A program made the translations under genes and the position numbers. Below the pieces are notes generated by a model. The model was not told where the DNA came from. It saw only the letters and a list, made by a program, of their open reading frames with translations, and searched no databases. From assembly GCF_009914755.1 (NCBI RefSeq), contig NC_060931.1: DNA of 64,000 bases; one strand, 5' to 3'. Shown one piece after another: positions 29,700 through 44,300 of the stretch (positions are counted from its first letter, which is position 1; each line of letters begins with the position of its first letter). The stretch is from the human T2T-CHM13v2.0 reference genome, Homo sapiens.

Positions 29700-30400
29700 T
29701 AGCACTGTATGTATGTGGGCTTCCATGTGTCATTTAATAAATGTTGAGTGACTATATGAATGAAGGAGTGGAATGTTTCTTGTTATGGAAAAGCATACAG
29801 TTTGGTGGAGAGGACGGATCTTTAAACAAATTTTGCTCTAGAGGCAGAGGAGGGAGCCACAAGGTTCCCAGCGGAACAATTTAGCAAAGGCAGATAGTAG
29901 ATGACATTTCACCTAGGTGTTGATGTAAGAGTAAGAGGTAGTGAAGGGCATTCCAAGGAGAGGAGTAGTAGGTACAAGGCCTAGAGGCATGAAAAGATTG
30001 TGGTAAGTTTGGGAATCAGGAGAAATTCAGTGTAGCTAGAGTGTGGGAAAATAAGAGAAAACAATGGCATAGGGGTTTGGAGCAATACTGTGAAGGGTTT
30101 GGAAGAGGCTACTGAGTTGTGATTTTATCCTGGAGATGGGTAAATACTGGAGCTTTCATCTAGGACATTAATGTAAACACATTTTGTTTTTGGTTTTATT
30201 TTTTAGAAATGTATTTTTGGTAGTGAAATGGAAGATGGGCCGGAAGAGAAAATCTGGACTCCCAGAGTTCAGGTTAGGAGACCAAGATAACCTAGATAAG
30301 AGATGATGAGGACTTAAACTGATGTTGACCAGGTAGACGGAGGGGAAAGGATGGATTATGGAACACAGTTGACATTTGAGAGATACTTGTGTGCAAGGCA
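29700..30400. mobile_element. L2 fragments
   Basis: taataaatgttgagtg...gaatgaa, then antisense-L2-like agggcattccaagg...gattttatcctggag. Confidence 0.5.
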
Positions 30401-31939
30401 CACAGCAAAGGTTACTGATTCAGTTAGTGACAGGTGGTGGGGGATGAGCAGGGACGGGCCAGTTTTGTAATCTGGGAGAGTTTTCAAGATGTATTCCCTC
30501 TCTGACATCTATTAACTAGCACAGAGTCTTCAGGATATTATTAGGTGCTCAATAAAAGTTTATTGTATGAGAATAAGCAATATTTTCTTTATCTCTCATT
30601 TGGTTGTATCTTTCCCTACTTTGTTATTTCATTTTTTCTTACATTTTATCCTTGTATTCTGACACTATTTCTTAGTTTTGCTTCTGTTTTCCCCAGAAGA
30701 GTACTTTGGTTAAAATGTATCACTTGCAAAATAGAATAACACACCGCCATGTAGTGTTGCTTCAGGTTATAATTTTCCATATATGTACAGTATGCCAAAA
30801 GGATGCTGCTTCTAGAGAGAATGTTTAAAACTCACTTCTCTAGATTTTTTTAAAGTTACTTTAGTGTTTCACATGTTTGCCAGATATCATTGTCATTGAA
30901 GATAAGCATTGATTAAATTTCAGAATTTTATTAATGAAAGCAATCTTTTGAGCAAATTTAGAAAATAAATTTAGTTTTGGTAGGGTATATTATTTATTTT
31001 TTGTAGCAAAATTATTTCTTCATAATGTCAAAGATAATAGTCAGTGTTTTACATTATCAAAGTAAATTCCCAAAGGTAAAGAATGATTTGTGAGTGCCAC
31101 TGGGCTTGGCTGTGCTGAAATTGTGAGCCTGTTGTTACTTCTGATTTATGACTGGGAAAGTCTGTGTTCATTGTGCTCACTCTGATGTCCTAGTCAGGAA
31201 ACCAAAAAAAAAAAAAAAAAGGAAAAAACACCACCAAACTGGGAGATGTCATTTTATATGGTTATTTTTTCTATCTTCAAGACAAAATCACCAAGATAAC
31301 ATTTTTGAAGCACCAACCTGCATTTCGGGCTGATGAGTACTAGTGGAAGGCGTCATCTTGGAATTTTACAACCCACAGTCACATGACTACAGCTCCCACC
31401 AACAATATATCAAAAAGAACAGGTTGTTTGTGTCACTAAACACTATAATAAAAGAACAAAATAATATTTACAGAATAACAGTTTATACTAGAGCAATAGT
31501 TTAAAATCTGGTTGTATATCAGAATTACCTGAAAGCTTTTTTCAAATATTGTTTCTGGGTTCCACTCTCTGGAAGATTTTGATGCCACAGGGCAGGGTTA
31601 GGCCCGTAGAGCATATGTAGAAGTTGTATCTGGGAAGCATGGTTAGTAGCAATAGGACAATATGGAGGACAGACTATTCTAGGAGATTGTTAATGGACAG
31701 AGTTTAGCTTCTTAGTGATGTTAAGGGATGAAGGTGCTAATATTCAGTCATTCAAAAAGGCGTATTGGATTTTTTTTTAAAAAAATATATCTACTTAGAG
31801 CAAATATGTAAAAAGTTCAAATTTTAAAAATTCTGGTAAATTTCTGGGTGTTATATATTATTCCCAATACTTTTCTTTGTTTAAATTTTTAAAAAAGTGT
31901 TGATGCAGTTGAAATTGCTTGTTGCTCTCTGAACATTTG

Positions 31940-32430
31940 CATCTTTCTTAAGAGATTACAGATTTTGTTCAGATGCACAAAAGTCAGGTGAAAAGATTCT
32001 GATTAGTTTCAGCCAGTCATGGTCATCCTGTTCCCCTTGCAAGTGATTGGTTTGGAGGTCAGCCTGTGACTCAGTTCTGGCCAATGAGATGTGAGAGGAC
32101 ATCTCCTGGAGGGTTTCTGGAAAAGTGTTTTTAAATATTTTTAGAAAAAGACATTAAGGGAGAATGCCCCCTCTTTTCAAGGCTTGATGTCATTCTTTGA
32201 TGAAATGCCTGAAGCTGCATCATAGACTCATAATTATGAGGGCAATAGTCAGATGAGAAAGTTGACATGCTGGAGATGACTGTAAACATATGGAATCTTT
32301 GTCTTTCATGATATAAAGCTGTGAAATCAATAATAGTAGAGCTGCGCTATTTTTGGATTTTCTGTTATATGAGATGATAAATATTTGTAAGTTAAGTTAT
32401 ATGAGGGCCAGGTCTTTATACATTTATTCT
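31940..32430 (+). mobile_element. Ancient ERVL/MaLR LTR (MLT1J/LTR33-like)
   Basis: Motif block cccttgcaagtgattggttt...tgtgactcagttctggccaatgagatgtgag...ctggagggtttctggaaa. Confidence 0.6.
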
Positions 32431-32605
32431 TTGTAATATCCCTTATTCCAAGAATGGTGCCTGGCACCATAGTATATAAAAAAAAATTTATAATAATGTA
32501 TTTAAGTCGGTTTGCAGCCAATGTTACCTTGAGAGATTTAGTGGGTTTTAATGGCACAATTAGAGGAAAAACATCTGTGTAAATGGTCTCAATCATGTTA
32601 ATCTT

Positions 32606-32924
<319 letters not shown>

Positions 32925-35900
32925 TAATCTTGAAATGTGGTTAATGAGTTTGTCTCTCTGTGCCATTTGCAGATGCTTATATGTTAAGTAACATTTTATT
33001 CCCAAGGAGTTTAAAATTATCTTGCTACTTTGATGAAGACAAAATCTAAAATTAATACCCCCCAAATCATGCTCCAAAAAATTAAAACATGGGCAAGATT
33101 TTAATCTCAGGAGAAAGCAAATGAGAATGAGAAAATAATGTCATTTTTACTTATTCATTTATGTGCTAGAAATTTCCATTGTGTTTAAGCTGTCTATCAC
33201 ATATAAAGAAGAATTAAAAATTAGTATATGTGAATCTACTTCTGCAAGTTTGGAAACTTTTGTTGCACGATTTATCTGAATATTGTTGTTCGATTATGTG
33301 GGATAAGCAGCTTGTTCATTACTTCCTTATGGAAGAAACTCACCAGGATTTTCTATATGGGTTGGACAAGATAATTAGCACCATCCCAGTTTTTTCCTAA
33401 GTTAATTCTTAGAACTTTGCTTGCAGTCCTAAATTATCAAATTATGTCAGACAGAGGTTCATCTATAATGAGAACTGTTATTAGAATTAAAGCACAAAGA
33501 TTTCCTTTTCTCAATGTATTTTAAGGGAATTTATGGAAGTCCTCCTAGTAACAACTACTCACCAAAGAACTTTGAGGGCTATGAGCACTACTATTAAAGT
33601 TTTGGAAATGTATAATAATAGAATTGATTTTCTTCTGATTTACCTTGTGTAAACTACCAGAAATAAATTTAATTTTGTAAATGTTCAGTTAGCAATTTGT
33701 ATGCTCGTCTACGTAATTCCATATCTCATAACTGGAACTTCATTTGCATTCCCACTGCCCTAATCTCAAGGAGATACCAGTTTCACTTGTATATTAAGTT
33801 GGGTTTGCTTTTATTACAAGGAGGAAAAAACTTTCAGTTACGAAATTTGACTTTGACTTTTCTGACGCTGTTTTCAAAAAGGTTACTTAACTAGTATTTT
33901 AGATGCATTTCTCTACACATAGTATGATATCTGTAACTGAATCTTTAATTCCCTAGTTACAACAGAGTGAATTTCTTGAATCCTTGCTACACTTCCGCCA
34001 TCCTCATATTATGCTTTTACAGCAATTCCCTAGACTCGTGAAGGTGAAGGATGAAGTTTATAATGGTATTGAATACCAAACTGTTGCTTGATTTATTCAG
34101 GAAGGTTGTTATATGCTGGGATCAAGTGACAGCTTAAAAGCTAGTATAATTCATCATCATCAGTTAATTTTCACTTGGTGTCCACTGGGTGCTGAACATC
34201 ATACAAGGCTCTTTGTCAGCATATATGTGTCTGATACGGTTGACGGAATTCTAAGAATATAGGATCTTGTACTGAAGGAACTCTATATAATAATCAAGGC
34301 AAGTCAGCAAATGCCCAGTATTGTCAAACTCTGTGTATAAAATGTATTCTATTAAAAATACTTTATTTTTGTGAAGGGTTCATGTCAGTAAATTGAGGTC
34401 CCAGACGCAGTATCTATACTGCTACCAGAAGAAAGGGGTGAATTGGATAGACCAAGAGCAGTTATCTACTATGGTCTTGTTTTTGGCTGATCAGCACACA
34501 CTTATGTGTGTATAAACATGCAGATGATGTCACAATGTTTCTACTTAATGAGATCCAATGATCCCTCACACAAACGTATATGTACTTCTCTCCCTAATGA
34601 GAAACAAATCAAAGTAACATCCAGATGAAGCATCTAGAGCTAGTGTCATGTTATTCCACAGACCTCTAGGTGATGTTTGTTCCTCTTCTGAAGTAATTCA
34701 GAAATCTGTCCTAAATCAAATTTGGAAGTAGCCCTTCATGATCCTGCAACATGTGGCTTAAAACACCTCTGGATAGGCAGAACGTAGGATAGCCACAGTG
34801 TAAACTCTGAAGTACAGTGCTGGTCTAGGGAATGCACCATTTTTCCCTGGTTAGGGCTGGTACAGAAGATAATATGGCCAGGGACTATCATAAGCATCTT
34901 GTTGTTGAGTTTCTTCCCTGACCTTGGTCTGGGTTCTGTCCCAGTGGATTTGTTACTGAAGGATTATCTGTTAAGAAGATTCCCCTTGTTTGGGGACCTT
35001 CATAGCCATCTCTGAGAAGGGGTTCAGGGAGGATTCCCTTGCAGGGGCCTTAGCAGTTCTTTCTTTGTTGGCAACAAGGACTTGGATTCAGATTCCCTTA
35101 GGGTGGAACAGTCATAAGCATTTATTTGCTAGGCTGGGGATGTTTCTAGCAATACAGTTTCTTTATTATTTTTGTTGATTGCTTATCTATCTTATTTTTT
35201 TGTAGGTGGCAGTAGAGGATTTCATTTTCTGGTCACTGGCTCCAAATTTGTGTCAAATAATGATCTTTGACTCTGGTCCCTTGCTTTACCACTTTCGTTT
35301 TTGGGCTCTGGGCTATCCATATCGCCTTTTGTATCAATTTAATAGCTTCCTGTCACTAGCTGTACTTCTGCAAGTGGTGAGGCTTGACCTGGGTTGCTGC
35401 GCCTTCTCCAGGATTTACTCCTTGTGAATGAATGATCTGAATGACTTAAAGGCAGTGAGTGGGGAAGGCACTTGGATGAGCCTGGAGTTTCAGTCTTCAA
35501 TAGTTCAATCTCCTCCCTAATATTTCCAGCACTTTAGTCAGCATACTAAACTCAAACAAGTAACTTGGCTGCTGAAATTCAGCTAACATGTATATGATTA
35601 TCATGACTTTAGTGGTCTCAGATCCCTGGCTACCAAGGCTGTTCCTTAGTTTGTACATGTGTGAATTGCATAAAGGCAAGTGGGGGCTGAACTTCAGTTC
35701 TTCCTCTACTCACCAGCGCTTGAACCACAGCAAGCATGACTTTTTGAAATGTGTCTCTACAGAGGAGAGGACCTTTTTGAGTTTACACAATAAGAAATTT
35801 ATTTGCACATTGCTGGCTATGGCTGTATCACCTGTAGGTAAAAAAACAGCTTTTAATAAAGCTGTCTACTTTTTCTAGTTGGCTTTTACTTCAACTAGTT

Positions 35901-37119
35901 AGAATGAAGTGTATTGTTTTGTTGTAGGAACTTCTGAAGGCCATAAAAAGTCTAACATACAAATATATGGACAGTTTTCTGCAGAGTACCATGAAGATCC
36001 AGTCTTAGTATACACATTTCAAGAACTGATGAGCTGCTCTTTAATATTAACTGCTGATTTTTCAGGTTAGGATGGAGTGATCTCATTGTTCCCATTCTTG
36101 CCTTTACTTAGCTAACTTCACATTTCAACAATCTACTTCTGATACAGGTGTTTATATTAGGTCGGAATTCTTGGTTTCAAACTTTTTTATATATATCCTT
36201 GTTTTATCAGAGAGCCTGAATCACACAGAGGGGAGTAAAGGGATCCAAAAGCAGGGCTGGGTCTGGGACCTCTATCGGAAAAGCGTTCTGCATCTATCTA
36301 AGTTTGTCAATATATTCATTGAATTGAAACCTGAGAGTGCTGTATGCTTCTTAATGGGAGGTCTTCTTGCATACTTTGTGACCTGTATTGCTTGCTTTTG
36401 TGCTTTTATCCTCAAATGAATGACAAATTTGGCTTTACATCAGGCTAGCTTTTGTACATCATAATTTCTTGTTAATTTCTCTGGATAATAAGCATTAGAG
36501 AAAAGCTATACTTGGATAAAATATAGTGGATTTTTTTTTCTTCATTGGTTTACTATCTGGGGATGTTTTAGTAATACATGCAGATCTTAAAAGAAAATGC
36601 TGATTATTTTCTTTAAAACTCTTATATTTGGATTTACTTTTCTATCACATCATAGTTTTTCTGAAAAGTGAAAGAAAATGTTTGTATATTAACTTGAAAA
36701 TGTTTATTTGCAAAAAGGCTTTGGGCTGATTTACAGAAAAAAAAAGTTAATAACACAGAATAAAAAAACAAAAGACAAATAGTAATTCAGGAATAAATGG
36801 GGAAAAATTATGTAGAGGAGGATAAGGAAATGGAAAAACAAGGGTTAGAGGCTGGGAAGCTAGGCCTCCCCGTACATAGGAGGATCTGTCATTTCTCTCA
36901 TTTGCATATGAAGTCCTAATGTGGGGGAGGGAGGGAATGTTTAGGGTAAGGGGTGAAGTAACTTTTGTAAGACCACAGAAATGGGAAATACTGACTCTAG
37001 CATTCAAACCCCGGTTTGTCTTGTTCAAAATCTACAGGCTTACCACTATTTATTTTTGCCAATATCTTGTTTGAGGAAAGCTGTTAGCAGTTACACATAC
37101 ATTACTCCTGATACAAAGG

Positions 37120-37245
37120 TGATCAACTCATCCCAGATTGCCGGGGACCGACCTGGTTTAAAACTAAAAATTCTTCATCCCAGGAAGCCCCACCCCACTC
37201 TACCACCCCCTTAGACCTGAGTAAACTGGGATTGTTGGGTCACCC
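37120..37245. mobile_element. MER94-like hAT relic
   Basis: tcatcccagattgccggggac...aaactgggattgttgggtcaccc resembles the GGGTGACC-type terminal repeats of MER94. Confidence 0.5.
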
Positions 37246-37416
37246 ATCTGATATCCTCCTAGTCATGATTAGGATGGAAATTTGAGGAAATTTTACATAA
37301 TGGTCTTCAAATGGCAAAGTAAGGTGGGATGGATACTTTTTCTGCAAAACTACATGATATCATTATTATACCTCATTAATAATTAGACCCTGCATTGTAA
37401 AGATTGTCAACTTTCT

Positions 37417-37700
37417 TTTTCTCTCTTTTTTTTCTTTCTTTCTTGAGACAGGATCTCCGTCTGTCACTCAGGCTGGAGTGCAGTGGCCTGATCATGGTTC
37501 ACTATAACCTTGCCCTCCTGGGCTCAAGCCATCCTCCCACTGTAGCCTCCCGTGTACAGGCATGTGCCATCACACCTGGTTAATTTTTTATTTTTTGTAG
37601 AAACAGAGTTTCACTATGTTGCTCTGGCTGGTCTCAAACTCCTGGGCTCAAGTGATCCTCCGACCTCAGCCTCTCAAAGTGCTAGGCTCTGCACCTGGCT
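37417..37700 (-). mobile_element. AluJ with internal deletions
   Basis: Reverse Alu. 16-bp TSD: agattgtcaactttct (37401-37416) and agattgtctactttct (37702-37717). Confidence 0.92.
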
Positions 37701-37889
37701 CAGATTGTCTACTTTCTAAGGTCCACTGTAGCTGTGGATTTAGTAGCATTCTTTCTACTACTATTAAGAGATTGTTTATATGTTATTAATAGATTGTTTA
37801 TATTTTTAGCCGATCATCATTTAAACATTTCCTTCTTGTGAAATTTGGCATATTTTAAGTCATTTGGGCTAAAGGCAGTTTATGTATCA

Positions 37890-37920
<31 letters not shown>

Positions 37921-37946
37921 GAATATATGTGTATATATGTGTATAT
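37890..37946. repeat. (TG)n(TA)n microsatellite
   Basis: Direct reading. Confidence 0.85.
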
Positions 37947-40900
37947 TCACAGTACATAGTTGTTAATAGGCCTTGATAGAAGCTATTAATGTTTTATAGA
38001 GTCTCAGCATTAATTCTATAGTTTAAATAGGATAAAAGTTAATTCCCTATGGAACAGTAGGAAATGAGCATTCCAGGTCAGTGAGAGGCTCCCCTCCCTG
38101 CTGCCATACAGATTCCTTTTGTTTGGTCTCTGGAACATCTCTTAAGATATTTCACTCAGCTGTGGTCAAAACTGGTTTGCTGCCAACTGCAAAAAACAAA
38201 GTATAGAGAGGGCACACCCGGGTTTTAAGGCCCAATCCTAAAAGTGGCAGAAATAATTCCTGCTCTCATTCCTTTAGAGAGAACGTAGATACATACCTGA
38301 ACCTAACTGCAAGGGAAAGCTGAGAAATGGGACTAGCCACGTACTCAGGACAATTGGGAAAATTAATTTGGAGAAGAATCTCTTACTCCAGGCATTATTT
38401 AAATCTAAGTACTCTCTAAATGTTCTTAATGAAATGCAGAAAAATTATTGCCTCTCTAAACACAACTTCTAAAGTTTTATCCTTTCTTTGGGGATGGGGG
38501 TAGTTGTACTTCCTGTTGTCATCTGGAGATTTATTTTGCAATCATTAAAACCGAACTAATGTTAAAAATTCTGTAAGATGTGATATAATCATAAAACAAT
38601 TGCCTCCTTTGCGAGTTCCCAGCCAGGTAGTTACAGAATTTGACTGGGATCCTTAAATTGATCAATGTTCCAAAAAATGTCAGAATTCCAAAATGTATTT
38701 CAGTATGTTAAATATATACATCAAATAAAATAAAGATGGAAAATATGATGTCATAAAAGAGTCCAGAAGCTCAAGAGGCAAATAAAAAAAAGATTAGAAG
38801 GCCCTTGCCAGGGAACTAAAGAAACAGATACAGAAAGTGCCAGAAGCTTCTAGACTATGTCAGTATTGGGATATAGGGTCCATGTAGGGTCTCCATATTG
38901 AGGAAGATTTGGATCAAGTTGATGAAAAGAGTTGGGTATTAGGATGTTTATTTTAGTTGATTTTAGCCTAAATTCACATTATATAGCAATAAAAATGTAA
39001 GATAGTTTTTATCATGTTAGTTCATATTGAAATAACTTTTCATCTTCCTTTTAAAGCTGTTGTATATATGCAAATAATTGCATATATATGCATATTATAT
39101 ATATATATCTTCTACTATCTGTGTGTATATTTGTCCCATTGTGACCATGGAGTAGCAAAGTCCTGGGCACCAGTAAAAGCTTTGTTGCCATCCCTGGGAA
39201 AAGTCATTTAGATTTACACCAAGTCATTTTCCCCCTCCATATTCTACATTGATCATTTTGTTACTGACAATTTTACATCCTGAGCATTTAATTTTGATTT
39301 TTTTATGTGTACAACAACCATTTAAACTGAATAGCATGAGAATTCTTTTGTAATTTTATTAAATCTGACTTGTGTAAAGAGACCAGTGGCTGAAGATGAT
39401 TTGCACATGCTAATAGATTATACACTATAGCAAAATGTTGCTTTATATTGCTACTCCAGCAGCTGTGGTTTCAAGTATAGTTATTACTAGCTACAATATC
39501 ACCAGTTTTTTAAAAAAATTGTCAAAAGAAGTTCATGCTATTGACTCATTTACTCCCATATTTATTATTCTTATTGAAAATCGCTAGACCTAATTCTATT
39601 GGTTTCCTTCCTGATTGAAAACATTTGAACCTAGAAAGTGCAGTATTTCTTAAGTCATTTGTAACTATTCATCATGGATATTAAAATTACAATCATGCTG
39701 TATTGTGTCAGCAATGTTTTTTTTTTTTAATCTTTACACATATGCTAAGCCGGTGACCAATGCTATCCAGGTTTGAAGATGCTGAATGTTCTTATAAGTG
39801 GTATTTGAAATTTTGATGTGTATTGCATTCATTACTGAATATCAAGAATACTTTTTTTTTGCTAGTATTATGGAGTAAATTTAAAATGGGGTCTTTTGTA
39901 GAAGCACCCATCCTGTTTAGAATGATATAACAGATGCTGAATGTTCACATATCAAACAAAATGCCAGCTTTCTTTAGAAAAGAGGTGTCAAAAAGTTTCT
40001 TTGTACCTTTAACGCATGTGATTATGTAGTACAAAATGCAGAGTTTGTAAAATTTCTTGAACATACAGGCAAAAAAATGAATAATTCAAAACAACTCATA
40101 AGTTCTACATTCTATTGTCCCTTTATAACGCAGGCAGAAGATAGCAGTGCACTCCCAATAGAGCTGAATTTGCACAAGTTACACCTCTGAAAAATGCCAG
40201 ATGGTCTATGGTCTACTTTTGAGAGCTGTCACATATGTAAAGATTTGAAAAAAGAAAGACAGCTGAATGAGAGCAGTGGATCATTAAAGGGAGAGTGAGG
40301 GTCCCTAGGCATCACTTGTGTTTTAAGAAGCATTGTGTCGTTTCCATATTAGCATGCTTTTTTTTTTTTAAAGCCATACACAACTTTGACACAATAAGGA
40401 AGGAAATCTGTTTAAAGCCAAGTTGTTGTGGTTTAATCCGTCAGGTGTTTTTGTTCTTCATTTGAAAATAAAATCATGTTTCCTACTTGGTTTTAACTCT
40501 AATTTTACCATAAGATTCAAGTCATACCCATAAATAATTAACAATAAAGTTAAATTTAATTTCTGTTGAGATAGCTAATGTATTTAAGGCTTATCCAGTT
40601 TTGATTTGACTTACGTAATACACACATCTGGCAAAATCATTCAACTAATAAATATTTTAATGTTAAAAAAACTAGAGTAAAGGGATAATACTTGGTTATC
40701 TGATCATAATCCAAACTATAGTGAAAATAATTAGGTGACAGTGAAACAAAAATAATGTACTATTATTTATCTGCCAACAGAAATGGATATCATTTTAAAG
40801 ATTGAAATGTAGATAAACCATTAAGGATGCGTGAGAATATCACTCCAGCCATACCTAGTAATTTGCAAATAGTCAATTTTGATAGCAGAAAAAGGTCAAA

Positions 40901-42499
40901 TATGTCAGTTTTAGAATTTGGTAGCCAGGATACAAGTGTCTTTTACCACTCTTATTTTTATTTACTAAAAATATTTATTACATAGTAATTCTAAATTTAT
41001 TTTGAATTATGAAATATGACAAGACATTTTTGATTGACAAGGAGTCTCCCCAGCTTTGGTCAATGACATTTCAACTCAATCAAGCTCTCAGATTGCTTGA
41101 ATTATTCTTTCCAGAGGAAAAAGTGGCTTTCCAGAGGAAAAACCAAATTAGGTTTAACTGTCTTTTTTGGCATCTTTTTAAATATGTATGCATAACTAGC
41201 TTTATGTTCAATAGCGGTCATTAGAATGTCATTCTAGTTGATACAAGAAGTTACAGAAGCAGCAAATTCATCTCTAAATCAAACCATTGCACACCCGTAG
41301 AAATAGATCTCCTTTTACAGAGGCTTTGTAGATTTTAGTTATGAAAAGGGCATATATAACTGCTAAACAGATGTTTACTTTTAGACTATTATTCCTCTTT
41401 ATCACTAAAGAACTGAAAAACGGTAACAGGATGTTCTATATTAGTTTTTATAAATCAGATATTAATGCTAATAGACTTGGTGTGAAAGTGTACATTTAAG
41501 TAAAAAATCCATCATTTTTCTTAAAATATGCTAATAAATGAGTAGAATATTTTGATATGTTAAGATGTTTTTCTTCACAATACATAGGATGTATGAACAA
41601 GAACTGAAGTAAACAATGGCTTACTAAAGACTTACTCAGATGCAAACTGTCTTTTTTTTTTCTGAAAAATGCTTCAAGTCTTACGTAGTCACCAAAGATA
41701 ATAAGTCCTCTTTAGCACATTTATCAACCCCACGTATAACTGTTACAACCTTAAATGTAATACTTTTCCAAGTGGAAGAGTTCTTCATAGTCTTATGTAA
41801 TTTACATTTCATAATTGCTTATAATCGCGAACAGAAAAAAAGACTAATTAAAACAGTAAGTTTTAGATTTTGAAATTCCAGGAAAGTATAGCACAGTAAA
41901 ATTTTCACAATGAATGTTTTTTGTTGTTGCTGGTGATTTTGCTGAAAAGCTGTGATATATAGCTTTGCTTAAAATGTATATAATGAAGATAATGATGATT
42001 TTAATACTTAATCGATGTAAACAGATAACTTTTGGGGGGCATCAAGGCTTTTAGCTGCAAATATCTTGGCTAATTTAAATAGAAAATAAATTTATTAGCA
42101 GCACATAGATGCTCCCAGAGTTATACAGACAAGGATCATGTCCATCCATTCAGTAGGGCTGTTCTGTTGAAAACCCCACTGCTGTAGCACTGGGCCACTG
42201 TTTTGCTAGGAGGTGAGGGACACCATAAGTTGTCCCTCACTGCTAAAATCAACAAATACCTCTTCACTCCCTGTGTTGAGAGGCTCCACCACCCTGGTGT
42301 GGCTAACAGCTTGCATTGATCACTTCCAAATGCAAGCCATACTTCTCTTCTGGCAGAACTTAGGTCACATCCTTGTCCTCTAGCTCCAGAGTAGCCTAGG
42401 GATGTCGTAGAGGAATTTACCTAACTCCATGAGTGTGACCAGAATGCTGGACAACACAACACAACAGGTGAATATTCACATTTGTTTTATGATTCATTG

Positions 42500-43760
42500 T
42501 CTAAAAAATCATATTTGTTTGTGCTTATGCTATTAAAACAGTCTCCTCTATTTACACTTTAAATAAAAAGTTTTGTTTTTTATATATAGGCATTTAATAC
42601 ATTTGGAATTTACATGTACTAATTATATTAAGTATACTATACCCAAATATTAATTGTATAAATATTAACATTTATATAATTAATTATATTTTATTTATAT
42701 ATTTTATATATCACATAAATATTATATATGTATTATATAATAATTACATAATCAACATAATTATATTAGATTATATTGATATAACCATTAATATTTATAT
42801 TAATATTATTATATTAATTGGTATAATAAAATAATTATGCATATTATTTATATTGTACCCAAATATGTAGGTGTGTGCATGTCTACCTTATATTAATATA
42901 TGAGTCCCATATTTGGGGCTCAATAATTTCATAAGCTTCATTGGCTTGTATGTCTATGCCTGGTCCAATGCTGTACTGCTTTAGGTGCTGTGATAGAAAT
43001 ATCTCATACATCAAATCCTACAACCCTCTTTTTCTTCTAAAAATTTCCTTGGTCTTTCTTGATTACTCTTCCATATACATTTTTGGATCAGCTTGTCAAG
43101 TTCCATAAACAAGCCTGTTGGAAATGTTATGGAAATGGCATTAAATAATAAATCGGAGAGAATTAACATAATTAACATATTTATACTCTCTCCACTTATT
43201 TGGGTTTTTTCTATGACTTTCAGTAGTGTTTTGTAATTTTTGCCCTAAAACCTCTGCCCATTTTTTTCTAGTTTAATTCCAAAATACGTATAGCATCTTT
43301 TGTTTGTTTGTTGGCTTGTTCTTTCTTTTTTTGCTATTGTGAAGAGTTATTTTTCTTGTTTATTTGTTAATTGGTTATACTCTTTGCTTACAGGAGCATT
43401 GTTGATTTTATATGGTTGTGTATCAATCTTGCTACATTTTTAGACTTTCAGTTTTTATAGTCTTAAACTTAGATTATATATATACTATATATTTGAATGT
43501 TCCCCAGAACATCCAAATCTGTGCACATCTCAAAAATTTTGTTCATTCCTGTCTAGAAGTCAGACCTATTAAATTTCTTTGTCTTGTTTATTGCTTGTAC
43601 TATGATCTCCTGCACAATATTGCATAAGTCACGTAAGGGTGGGCATTTGACATACTTCTAAAGTCCTGACATTTAATTTTGGTAGATATGTTTTATTAAA
43701 GAAATTATCTTGTATTCCTAATTTTTCATAACTTGTTTATTTAAAAATCAAATTAAAGAA
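42500..43760 (-). mobile_element. Old L1 (L1M/L1ME-like) ORF2 fragment, interrupted by an AT-rich tract
   Basis: ttccatatacatttttggatcagcttgtcaagttcc...gaaatggcattaaat and ttttttgctattgtgaa resemble antisense L1 ORF2. Confidence 0.6.
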
Positions 43761-44300
43761 TAAATATAGAAAAGATTTTCTTCTGCAGGATTCACAATGG
43801 GATTTTTTTTAAAAACACTGTATTTTTCTTTGTATTGTCTGGCTTTGAATACCAGAACTTATCATTTCTTTCCTTTTATTTGAAAAGACAATTGAGTAGT
43901 TTGTTATTAGTAGTAGTATTGAGATAACACTGTTGTGTCTATGCACAAAGAGGGCTCAGCATATAGAAAATAATCAACATTCTCTGAATGAGTCTTAAAT
44001 TACCTTTTCAGATTTCTAACTTAAATTTTCTTTAAAACCGCCCAAAACAGTATTTCTATGGTCTACTTTTTATATCCTTGTACAAACCCACTTTTGATGA
44101 CCCCGTTCCCATTTTCCATTTTAGTAAATTATACTTTCTCTATGTCTATGTTAGTATTTTTCTTTCTTTTCTTTGTTGCCTCTTCAGTGTTAGTATTATG
44201 GGTAAAACCCCAAATCTCTGTTACTGAATGTATTTTCATTATTTTAAAATATTAATTTCTTTTTCTTTAACTGGCTGACTTTTTCCTGTTTTTAATTTAG

